DNA of 64,000 nucleotides, taken from positions 255,846 through 319,845 of the forward strand of contig NMRA01000025.1 in the NCBI GenBank assembly GCA_002633005.1. The letters run 5' to 3'. The stretch comes from Phoronis australis. Lineage: Eukaryota; Animalia; Phoronida. Every line of letters starts with the position of its first letter. Positions within the stretch are counted from its first letter, which is position 1. Of this stretch, positions 36,760-49,364 are shown piece after piece. Made by a program: the position numbers and the translations under genes. The notes beneath the pieces were generated by a model. That model searched no databases, was not told the origin of the DNA, and saw only the letters and a program-made list of their open reading frames with translations.

Positions 36760-37920
36760 GGGTCAGTCAAAGTTGTGTATCATGGTTTTGTCCATCAATT
36801 TCAATCGTCATTCCTGTGAGTACTTCATGCGTACTTTGTCATTTCAGCCATTTCCTGTTCTTTGCTGTCGGATTTGTCATAATAGTCATTCATAATGCCC
36901 CCTCTACCACAAGCTGCAAAGTACTTAAACTGCTAAGTTCTGTCAGGAGCAATTAAGATCATGGAGGCTCCTAGAAAAATTTCCGTGTTTGACTAATTCA
37001 TAACATCATATCTCAGAAATAGCTGATCGTATTTATATGAAACTTTCAGATACTGTGCTTTATGAACTGTCCTCCAAAACGGTGTGAGGAGTTGTTATTC
37101 CCTGGGACATGCTTCATGAAATGTGACTTAACAATTACTTAAAACAGAACTTGGGTCTTTCACTTCCACTTCATAATTGCTGAATAAAGGTTTAATCAAG
37201 TAATTATGAGTGCATCATATTCTAGAAATAATTTTTTTTAAAAATTTAAGTAACTTGCAGTTATTTAAGAGACTGCACTTAAGTGAGGTTTAGTTAGAAG
37301 TAGTTGTGTAAGATCAAATTCCTGTCAAGTCTAAGTCACTTTTCATGAGACAGACCCTAAGTCTCATTCGTTTTTTCCCTTCCCTCTTTGTATTTTAAGT
37401 TTTTTGGCTCTTATGGAAGTCATTGTATTCTCAAAGTTCGTGTTTTATTGCTGAAGTTCTATTTCCTGGACGATGAATGATCGTTAAGTTAGCCTGTGTA
37501 TGTCATATTGATTATTAAAGTGTTTTGAAATTTGAAAAGTGGTATGTTGTGGCTGATAAAATATGAGTTTGCAATGAACTGGTCAACTTTCAGCTGTGTG
37601 TTTGAAAAGAACACTAGATTCTAATTTGGCATCATTGTAGGATAAATTTAAATGTCAAGATGTTTTGTGCTGTCGCGAAATACTAATAATTTGATGCTGT
37701 TGTAGAAATCATTAACACATGTTGTTTGAATATGCTCTGTGGCATAGGAAAAATTGTTTAAGACAAATTGTTCTTTCTGACTGTGTATAGTTTTGTTGCA
37801 ATATTAGGTTCAGGTCAGGCATCAAAATGGGTGGGTTTAACTTTGTTAATGGTTTGTAAATATCCTGAGTGTAAATTATTTGTACATACTCTACTTCCCA
37901 TAAATTTGTTAAAATTTGTC

Positions 37921-37926
37921 AATAAA
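37921..37926 (+). terminator. Candidate poly(A) signal of RAB28 (another AATAAA at 37183)
   Basis: AATAAA followed by a GT-rich tract (ttgttggttgtgtt). Confidence 0.4.
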
Positions 37927-40900
37927 ATGTTAAAATTTCTTTGTTGGTTGTGTTAAATTTAGATTTCGCTTTCTGAAACTATGCAAGGACATAACGCCCC
38001 CTGTCAGCAGCTTTGGATTCACCAAGAAAGAAGTCAGAGTTGGTGTTTCCAAACAGTAGGCCTAAACTACTAAATACTTTGAACAGAACACCAGTGTGGG
38101 AAACCAAAGGCGGTCTTGAGAGAAAACAGTCCCTTAGAGTTGAATTGCGGTTGATTAGAAAAGAACTACAGCTCGTAAGAAAAGAATTCTGATGATGAGA
38201 AAATGATGCTGCTAATGAGAATGGGATGTAAAATTGCCTATCCTTTTAGCACTCTTCATTTGAATAGTTAAGTTACATTGTAAACACACTGAACAAGTTG
38301 ATTAGGGAATAAGTGAAACTTCTCTTGAAACTCATTCTCATACTCCTGCTCTATGGTTCTACTGACGTGTTTGGCACATGGGCCTCATTCCGGATCACAG
38401 GCACTACTTCACATACGGTACCGTATTCATGGACGGGGGACAAGGGGGGCCCACGGCCCCCAATCTTGGTAGATTGTCATAGAAATAAGAAATGATGGAC
38501 ATACATATATTGAACGAAAATTAAAATTTTCTTAAACACAGCCCTGCCATTATCCCCCCCCNCCCCCCGATTCAATGTTTTTCCGCTACCCATGATACAG
38601 GCACGTGTACCAAAGTACCCGCAAAATGGCTGTCAAGCTCATGCTTACGGAAGAACGCTAAGTAACAAATTATCTGTCGTTGTGTTGGAAAAATGAGCCT
38701 GCCGAAGCCACGTTTGTGTAGCTATACTTGTACACGGAGAAGAATAATTCGATTTCAATGCACACTTTTAAACATAAACTTGGAAAAGAGCAAACATTTC
38801 AGTCTCGACTGAAGCTGCAGAGGCGTAATAACGGTGCAGTGAAGAGTGCTTTCTTACGACACTAGTGCAGGAAGATTCTATTTGGTCTCACTGCCAGGTT
38901 AAAACTCCGTACTGAATTTTTGTAAAAGATTCAGTTGACGTGATTTGGTCAAACAGTAGTGAGCGAGGGTTGAGTATGACAAAAACGCTCTTACCCTAAT
39001 TGGTCTCGGGATGTATGTGTCAGGATAGCACTTCAAATCAACCAAGAATGGAAACCAAGCCTCATTGAAAAAGGTTGAGCATTAAAAGTCCTAATCAAGC
39101 GTGAACATTCTTTATGGTTTAATTAATGAAAAGACTGTGATTACAAAAACGTATAATGTGCAGAAAGATTAGTTCTCAGTCACGTGACCGTTTTTTTAAA
39201 AATCGTCGCTCAGAAATCTCCATTGTTTTCAGTAGTCACAACGGTGTTCCGGATTTCCCGTCAATGCCGAGGACTCGACGGTCAAACATGAAGATGCGCC
39301 AGAATGCGAAGAACTCCAGAATACAACCATGGCAAAACCAAGGAGCAAAATTTTAAGCTTATCTTGGCCGGACTAAAATCTAAAACTCTGTAATATCTCA
39401 CTAATCTGTTACAAAACGGTTGGCGTTGGCGTGTGGTGAATTACGAAAGCACTAAAACTGGACAAAAAAACATACAAAAATATCCAATTCAACATATGCA
39501 CACATACAGGAGGAACAGTCGTATGCGACCACAAGTGAAGTTTGGACGTGCGCACCTAATTGCTAAGCAGTGACTTCTGTAAACATTTCTCAGTGTTACC
39601 TAACTCAATGTTCAGATACAGACGTGATAGAATACAAACTATCGAACTTGCACAAACAGATGGGACAGCTTGTGGACCTTCGAAGCACAAACTCATTTTT
39701 TCGATACGACAATTTGAGGTTTGTCACGCAAAATGTTGACACGTAAGCCTAATGTCTTCAAATTGCGACAGTTTTTACAGACCTGCGAAGTAATGACGTC
39801 GCAAATTGGAAAACAATCGGCAATGCCTCGACCATTATCACAGTTTGGTGTGTGAAAACCAACAGTTAGTATAACATGCGTTATCGCTGGACAATGCAGA
39901 CGCCGAAGGCGTACATGTGACGGCCCTGTAATAGATACAGGCTACTCAACAAATTTGCTTTTTGTTTAATAAAAATCATGTACACTAAACTATGTGTATG
40001 GACAAAGATTTGATATGAATACATTGCCACAACAGCATCTCTCATTTTTTGTTCTAAACTACAAATTACAGGTTTAGTTTACCTAATCAAAAAAAGTAGT
40101 TGCTTTGGTCGTATAAGAAATCATGACCGTCAACGGACATGTCCCCATGTATAAATTTCACCAAATGATTATATTAACTTAATCAAAGAACATCAAAAAG
40201 GACAACGTTTATTGACGGGTAAGTCTGAACTTGATGAACTTCTTGCTTTTTAGTACATTTCTACTCAAAAGTTCTTGCCACGTCAGCTCCTGACTATAGC
40301 TATCCGATGGCAAAATACGTAGGAGTGCCACCAACCCTATCTTAAATAGACTATGGGGGTTCTTGAGATAGTAAGATATTTACCTTGACAGGCTGCTGTT
40401 CGTAGAATCCTGGGAATTATAGGGCACTTGACATTCTTCATAATGAATATTTATTAGCAATGATCGGATTCATATGAAACTTTCACAAACTATGCTTTGT
40501 GCACTGTTCTTCAAATATTCTCAGGAATTCTTTTTAAATGTTCTAGTTTTGTACAAGGTGCTATCAAAAATAGGCCTTATATATTTTAATGGAAAAAATC
40601 AAAAGTTTATAAAACGAAAACGGAGAGGAGTTTTGTTGTGTTCTCCCGTACGTGTTTAGGTGTATGTGTGGCATACATACGTGACCTAAATGGGCTCTTC
40701 AAATCGTCCTAAGAAATCGGAATACTGTTATTTTAGAAAAAAAATTGTCACCTTTTGACAATCAACAACAATAGTTTTCGCGTGACTAAGCTATTATTTT
40801 TGCGCAGACTCGTTCAACCATCAAACAATTGGATGTTTACCAGAGTAAAGAAAATCCTCTCTGTGTTATTTCTAAACACCCTCAGTTTAAGTGGATGACG

Positions 40901-43900
40901 TCACAGTTGTCAATCCAAGCGATGGACAAATACTATCAAACATGTCATCGAGTAGTGATTAAGCTTTTTGGAATGGTTGTTGTTTTTATCAATCACCAAT
41001 TGATGCTTCCTCATAAGCAAGATCAACATTTGCAAAAAAATGCTTGTGAACCAGTACACAAGTGTAAAAATACCAAATACAGAGCAAAACGTAGACTCTC
41101 TACACTGCAATACCAATTATCATATTGAATAAAAGTTAATTTGGATATCATGCTGTTTGTTAAATTAGTAACTCCCCGAGGGTGCAGCTTCGACTGTAAA
41201 GTAAATTATCTATTTGTACGTGACGAGCTACACATTTTTGGGTTCCCAAGGAGCCTTGAGCACCGAGAAACACCGTAGTTAAACCATTGCGTATGCAGAT
41301 ATTAATGTTCATTAAACACACGTACAATGTTATCTGCAGTTGATAAACACTAAACCAGATAGAATATATAAGTTTGATTACATTTCCTTGGGGGCCACTG
41401 CCATTGGTAAGACAATTTTGAGCATGTGCAAAAGTGTGCCAGCTATAAAAACACGTGATTTTGTAACATGTTTATTTTCTAAATTGATATATTGTATGCA
41501 GCCATGTGGAACTGGTGTGGTACTGAACGAATGGATTAAAGAAGCATTTCAATACAACGAACTTGAATAGACATGAAACCGAAGAAAATCCCTTTTTAAA
41601 ACATGTTTGCATTAGGCTGAAATGAGGTCGACATTCACTCTATTAGTGCAGTAAACTGCAATTTACGCTTTTGGTTTCACAGTGTGCACATATCGAGATA
41701 GCTACTTGAGTAATTGTTAAGCATCAGTCAGCGTCATTGCGCGGTCACATTCGACACATTTTGTTTAATTGTGTTTGAGGTGAAAAATCATCATTTGTTA
41801 AAGGCCCCTTGACCGAGTTTTTGATGATTAAATGCTCTTTAACGCTGCTTTAATCACTTTTGCTGGGCATGATGAAGTTCAAAAAGTTATCTTTCAATAT
41901 GTTAAAAGTTTCGTTTCAAGCTGTTAGGCATTTAACATGCACTGCGTGTAATAGAAATTTTTATAACGAAACATGCACACAAGTTTAGGACAACACCAGT
42001 TATTTGACTTTGAATTTCAAAAAACGCAAAATTTCAATTTTTTCGAAAAATTTACGGAATATTGCGAAACTACCAATTTAGATAGAATTTTGGACGGGCT
42101 TTCAGAAAATGTTTTCCGTTTTTCGCTAGGACGTCTACTTTTCGAATTATTTGAGATTTTCTGATAGCGCTGTTCCTTTGTTGAGCTCTCTTACTGCATT
42201 GATGTTGGTTTAGTTTATGTGAACAAGACTGTAGCTTATTTCCTACTAATTTATGACATCTAAGTTCGTCGTATGAATGTTATCGTGTTGTTCATAATCT
42301 CTCCACCTTCATCGTCATGATCGTCGTCGTCATCCTCCCCATCGTCCTGTTTTCGCGTAATTTTGCCAAGTGTCGCTCCTCCGAGCGCTCTCGGTTTATC
42401 TATTGACTTTCTATCCCAGTCGACGGACTTATTGTCTCTGTCGATGGACTTATATCTGTCCATAAAATTTTTTATAAAACATAGTTATTATGTTAATATA
42501 GTTCCTGAGGAAAAGAGGCCCACCACAAGGAGGGTGTTCAAATGGACAAAATCAAGCGACTGATAACGAGTTATTTCACCAGTAAGTTAGGGATCTTACA
42601 CGCGTACACCAGCAAAATGGGTTCCAATCACTCCGAAGAGTTTGGTTGGCGAGGCTGCAAAGTTGAATTAGGGGATAGAATCAAGGAGAGTTCACTGTTT
42701 CCGTTCCATAAGCGACACGTCTGGCCACACAGTGCATCACAGGAGGCTTGCGTTTACGGAACGCTCCCCTGAAGCACACTCGATGTGAAACACCATTCTT
42801 GTGTTAAGTTTCGTAGTTCTTTATTTATGAAACACTTTTAAGAGATTGAACAGTTGACGTGTAGGCGTTAATTTCTTTTCAAATTATACTCTTGTGAAGG
42901 TTTCTTGCAACTTTTAGGATCCCAACGTCATGCACAGAAAACTCCTGGACCGCGACCTTCGAATCACACTCTTATTGGGCGTCTCTAAGAGCATAGTTGG
43001 AACGCAAAAACAGACTACTGAAATTACATTATTCAGAGTGGCTGTCTGCCACTGAAACAGAATTCAACATGCTCATCAGGTATTTTTATGGTTTGTTTGT
43101 AAAGATTTCGAATTTCTGTTGATGCCAAAGCATTTTCTTTTAGTTTCAAATTTCGGGAAAACGGCTCTCTGTCAATTGCTCGTCACTTCGTCGGTTTTTC
43201 TCCCACAAGGCAAAGCACGTCTCTTCATTTGGTATGGCAAGACATAGAAGTAGCACATTTCCTTACAGAAAATGTGACCTTGGACCTTTGATGTAAACGA
43301 ACTTAAAATGCGACTTTTAAGCAATAGCCAGTCCGATTAAGAGGCAAGTCCTTAGTTTTTAAAATTAGTTGTAAAGGTATCGTAGTATTCAAATGTATTC
43401 TAAAATGCACTTTGAATTATTTTTGAAAAATTGCTTGCTTCATTGGCTATCGCCTCATACTGTGCTGTCCACCTCAGATTCGGAGTGCGATCGTACATGA
43501 TAATGTGCCGGTAGTATCCATCTTGTCAGTCACCTGTTTGTGGAATAATTGTGAGCGCATGCGCGCATTAAATTTTATCGTAAGTGGGAGGGAGATTAGA
43601 AACTCTGTAGTGACTACAGAGTTTTTCCTTCGCGCGTATTTCAAAAATCTTGAATTTTGTGATTTTTTTCAGGAAATTCCCTCACAGGGTAAAGTAAATA
43701 ATTCTGCAATAGACGTTGTGAGAACGTACTTTCGTCAGGAGTTGTTTCAGTAAAAGATATTGTTGACCAACTTTCGCCTTCAGTGCCTCTTTCCATCTCG
43801 TAAACGTGTCTGAAGTTTCTTTTCGCAACCTTACCACAGACAATAAAGAGACCAAGTCAGCTGCACTAAAATTCTCCCAGTGCAACGAAATGCAAATTAT

Positions 43901-46900
43901 TAGCTTGCTAACAAGTGTCTGACAACTAACTGCCGTTACCACCTGTAACGCATCGTTACTGAAACAGTGTGTGCCCCCGGTTTAATTATTAACAAGGCGC
44001 ACAAGAACGCAAAGTGGTCCCTGATTGGTCGACCGTGTTACTCGCCAGTGCACCTCAGACGCATTTGTCGGCGACCGGCTGATAACCTTTACGTATATTA
44101 TACTCTGCGGCTTACAAAATTCTATTTGTTAAAAACACCCAACTGCAATAGCGCACCCATTAAGAGGCTGTAATCACGTGGACCGGCTAAAATTCTACTC
44201 GACGAAGACGTTTTAATTGGAGTACCCGGCGAGAGAAACCTTTGAACTCAACTAAGGACGGGATATAACGGTTCATTGAGATTAAACCCGCATCGACCAA
44301 CCGTGAGAGCAAAATGTGAACATGAGGAATATACCACAACTAAAATTTACGGGAATTTTGTTCCACTTTATCAAATTAGTTTAGACAACGTAAGTATGAC
44401 AACTTTTATTTTGATCATAGATTTACTGGTGATAGCAGCTGTGGACATACTCAGTGCTATCTCCAACTGGCCCAGCATAGCTGTGCAAAAGCCACTCAGT
44501 CGAATAGAACTGTTTTCCTTTCTGAAAAGCCATGCTCGCTCCCAGATATTGCAACAGCTAGGTGCGAAACTGTGGTTGGCGGGCCTTTTGCTTTTCTGTC
44601 CGCCCCTCCCCGTCCCCGTCACTGTCACTTTTCCATTCTGCGGTTCTCCAGGTTGTCAGCCGTTCACTGGAGTGCGTTCCCGTCACCTTTGAGTAGCATT
44701 TCGGGCAAGCGGTTGCAAGCTACGGGAGACAGTCAACGTTTAAGAAATAGTAACTATATTTGGTCAAAGGAAGGAAAATTGTTTTTACTAGCCTAATTTA
44801 CGTAAGTTAATGATGTCCGGTTGCGATCTTAGATTCGCCAAAGAATAATTCGACGAATCAAATTTGAGCATATGAACCTTTATCTGCTTTGTGAACAGAC
44901 TTACGTATTGCTTGGAAATTGAGTATCCTGGTGTCTGGTGGACAGATTTTGGTTCAAAAGGTTGATTTCAATGCCATGTTATTGTGCGACTCCTCGTTTA
45001 GTGGTTCCGATACTTAATTTCGGTTTTCAGAACGCAGGTGTCTCTTTTGAGCGATCTCACGGGTGTACTTGTCCCCTCCGCGGTTACCAGCAAAAATGCA
45101 GTGGAAGTGCGCAGTACTGCTTCAGCCATATTTTTTCTTATGCTACATGAAAGTACCATAGAATGTACCTCACAATATTTAAGTACATACGCGGGAGGCA
45201 TAAAGTATTGCAGAATTTCCCTTTTCTGAACTTAAATATCCTGGATTGTTAGGTTGGCGGGCTGTTTATATGTCACTGAGCATGCAAGGCCTAGGTCAAC
45301 TGTAGGCGTAAATGTCATTTCCTTCTATTCTTTGAAAACTCGCTGTCGTGGTTAATTTATGACTGATCTCAAAAATTTTATATACTTAAGAGATATAAAG
45401 AGATTATTTGCAATATCTGCTAATAGTATTGCCGTTCGCCATGCCATATCAATCTTTGGTCTCGGTACTGATAACTGCAAGGTGCTTTGGTCTGAACAGT
45501 CAAAAGCGCACGAGACCACCCTATGCTGAATATCAGCAACAGGTGGATTACTAAATAACACGTGATTAATAAATAACGAGTTGCTGCATGCGTGCGTCTA
45601 GAATATGCTGCTCGCATGGAACTAAATGCAAGTACTAGTCGCATTGGTCTGCTTAAATCTTATTCAGAAACACTATTGGCTTAAAAGCAAAGAATACCAT
45701 CTCCGACGGAACTCGAGGGGGGAGAGTGGAGGAGACATTCCACTCAATTTTGGATGCGGTCACCCGCTAACGATTTGAAATATGCAGCAATTGGCTTGGC
45801 GATTCCACAAAATATTCGCATCTCTCAGTTATAAATAGCGCGGCCGTGAGGCGTGCGTTTCATGAAAAGTTTAATCTTACGAAAAAATGCTGTTTAGTGT
45901 GAGTCTTTATTTTCACGCACATGTACCGTACGTAACCTGCTTCGCAGACGAGTGCCAGTATTTAGCGGTATATCCTCATATATCTCTTCTACAGAAGTAG
46001 ACCATATCCCGAGCTTTGAACCTAGGCAAAACCATTTCAATGCATTTAAACACTGGAAATGTGTAGAACGTGTGAATTAGCGTTATGCTTTCACACTGGG
46101 GATGGTAGTCTTGTGGTGGTCCAGGAGAAGACAAAACACATGTATATCAACATGCATCCACATTATAAAGTTGCCGTCTGGTTTTGAAATATGTGGGTGT
46201 CCCTGGGTCTCACACACATTTCACGGAAAAGGAACGGGACTAGAAAATAATGCAGTTTCGAATTGGCGAGTTACGCATGAACGAGCGCAAAAAGTTTATG
46301 TTAAATTTAAATGGCCATTTCACCTAGAAATAGGCTACGATTCAACGCTGTACCTTGAGAACAAAGCTATGATGCAGCTAGCATACAAATGGTGCAAGGA
46401 GAGTCGGTGTACAAATACGGAGTAATATAATCTAATTTAATTTATCATTTTATGTGGTCGTTGCACTCGTGTCTAACTATACGTAGAAAAGCAAGAGGTT
46501 GGCTGCTTTTGAAACTCCAGTCTTTGATTTTCCATCTTTATAGTCTAATGTTAAGTGTCTAATATATGTTATGGCGAGAAAGAAGGTCATGTGTAGTTAT
46601 GTCAAAGTGGTGTTGTATGTCTAGAACATTTGACATTTAGGAAATATTGAGTGATAACTACAAATAGTTAGTATTAGTGTCTCAAACTCGTAATTAGTGC
46701 GATGTATGAGTAAAAAGGGTCACTTCGCCCTCATGCCGCGAAAATCCGAGATAGAACTTTTCGAAATTGTGTGATCCTGATCTTGAAGATGGAAGCAGTC
46801 TCTTGTTATCCTTGTATACTTTTAATTTCTTACTTGGAGAAGATTATTAATTCTGGTATACCTGTAGTCAAATTTGACACACAGAGTGTGATCACATTCT

Positions 46901-47087
46901 GAAAATGAATATCAATATTTTGGGTAAAATTATCTTTTGATCCATGATTTATTGCCACATAAATCAGAAAGTGTATGGCCAAGTTCTCAGTTTCATTGTG
47001 GTAGCGGCGTTCTTTTGTTGATATTCCACTGCAGCGAATCTGAAAGGTTTTGTTGTCACACTATCATCTCTACACTGGTGTCACTAG

Positions 47088-47310
47088 CATGCGCGTACCC
47101 AGCCTTCGATATGGGGAGGCTCGAATTCCCGACGTTGTGGACCATTTGCTTACAAGAGAGCGGGCGGACTAAAAAAAAAATAAAATAAAAAAGGAGCACC
47201 TCTGTGAATTGCACGTTTGCGCTTATTCAGTGGACTTTTGTCACACTTTCCCAGACTTTTTGTCTCTCTGGGGCGGACCTTTTAGGGGGCCACCCCTGGG
47301 TGCGCGCATG
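47088..47310. mobile_element. MITE, same family, TSD ACTAG
   Basis: TIRs CATGCGCGTACCCAG / CTGGGTGCGCGCATG with a perfect 5-bp TSD. Confidence 0.8.
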
Positions 47311-49306
47311 ACTAGTTACTTAAATCAGTTCGAAAAAATTAACGACAGAGGTAGCTAAAAGGAAGCCGAGTTGATCACCAATAGTCGCAATGGTATTTTT
47401 GTTTTGATTGTAATTAAAAATCGATGAAAACTTTTAAATACGCGAAATTATTTTTTGACATATGACTCCAGCTTCCTGGATTGGCCAACGATGAGTGGCT
47501 CACTCTTGTGGTAATCAACATTCCTTCGCGAATACAGAAAAATAAACAGGCTTTACACTTAACAGTAAAAGAAACACATTGTAATGAAAATCTTGACAGT
47601 TCATGAACAAATTATTAATGTCAGTTGAATTTTACACACTCCACTTCCGACAAACATAACGCCCGCCCACAGTCAATAGCTGTGTCGTCTGCTACCGACA
47701 GGCTACACAGCAATTTTAAATTTTTCAAGCAAGTTAACTTTACAAAAATCTTGAAGTCCTATACTATTTTATGTTCGAGTGTTCTGTCACTCAGATGGTT
47801 GTCCGATATTCCAATTTCCATTCTCCTTCGTTTTTCAATAAGTTTCCCAGGAAAAGAGTCCCGGCGTGAAAAGTTCTGCGATATCATCTTACTATGTTGC
47901 CGCCGCTTAACTCACCAGCCGAAAATTCGACAAATGCGCATCTTAAAGGGATATTATCGGAGGAAATGCGATTTCTGAGATCAGCTTCATTTAAGCGGAT
48001 TCGAATTCTCGTGCTTGCAATCTATTGGTGTGCTGAAGGAGCTACAACCCATCCGATAAATGGCAACGATTCCAGTCTTTATCTTTGAAGACTGACGCCA
48101 AAGAAACATTAGCAGGTGACGGAACGAGGATTGGTTGAAATCATAAAAAACAGGGTTTAGTTTCCGAAACACACCGTGCGATTGTCAGACATCTAGTTGT
48201 ACCACGTCGTTTAGCACATTTCCGAAGTTGATACGGATAAACCGGCGAATGGATAATTTGCCATTTTCGCCTTCAAGTTGGTCTCGAAAGTGAAGGGTGG
48301 AATCCCGGCGGAAACCCTTCGTATGCATGCACACGATGGCCCTGGTCGTGTTGTGTGCCAAGCTCTATGCTGTAGGGTTGTTGATGGTCTGGCAAGCTCA
48401 GCAATCAACAAAGTAAACCATGTCCCAATGTGGCGCTGTTTTGTGCGCTCACGCCGACCGTCGTGTCGTGCTTTTGGATATGGCCATGTTTTATGTACAC
48501 GAAGGGACTCCATCCTTCACTTTCTCACGACGAACGGATAATTTGTCATTTTCGCCTAGGTCTCTAGAGCTTCTGCTTGTTAGCAAAACATGTAAAATTC
48601 CCCTGACCGTATTAGGTGAATGCATGCAGACGTCAACTTGGAAATGTGCGTGGGGATTTCTGCGCTTGCCAGATCATCAACAACGGCACATAACACGGCT
48701 CACAACAATGTTTTTGCTTATAAAACCCGTGACTACGTTTATGTGAACCAGATGATTGCGTCCACCAAATGCATATTTGAGAGCAAAATTCTCCGCTTAC
48801 GAAATCTGTGTGCTTATCAACAAGATTATCGGCCCAGTGTGGAACCGACCTTGAAGCCCCTGAGCTCGCAAACTCAGTCGGACATAAATTACACTTGATA
48901 AATGACTTAGTGCTTTAGCATATTTTTTAAAACTGGGTGGGCGAGTCGAGATTTTCGTTGTGTGCTTGGAACTTTGGATGCAGGCTTCATCTAGCGAATG
49001 TCTGTCATATAGTGGCGAGAATTAGCAATTTGTAATAAAAGCACGAAAAACGCAACGGATATTTTTTCTAACCCTAGTCATAGCTAACAACTTCAAGAAG
49101 TCTAACACAACCACAAGCGAAGCGTGTTTTTAGCCGCAAAGTGCCACTTTAAAGCGGCCATAAACCAGTGTTTCGTCGTCCAAGGAGCGAACTTTGGACA
49201 ATTAGACCGCTTACCGCTCTAAAATTGGTCTGAACTTGTTCCTTACTTTGATAAGAAGAGATTACAAAATAAACGTATGATGATGATGAGAAGCGATTTT
49301 GCGTTT

Positions 49307-49364
49307 TCAAAGAAGTGACAATTCGTCAAAGAAGTGACAATTCGTCAAAGAAATGACAATTCGT
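49307..49364 (+). repeat. Three copies of a 19-bp tandem repeat TCAAAGAAGTGACAATTCG
   Basis: Read directly; one mismatch in unit 3. Confidence 0.9.

Noticed and set aside
43682-44796. Overlapping 70-138 aa ORFs as a gene
   Set aside because: No recognisable domain or consistent splice chain
48211-48898. Cluster of 87-108 aa ORFs
   Set aside because: Open on both strands owing to locally higher GC; no motifs recognised
49307-49364. CRISPR-like repeats
   Set aside because: Head-to-tail units without spacers; eukaryotic minisatellite
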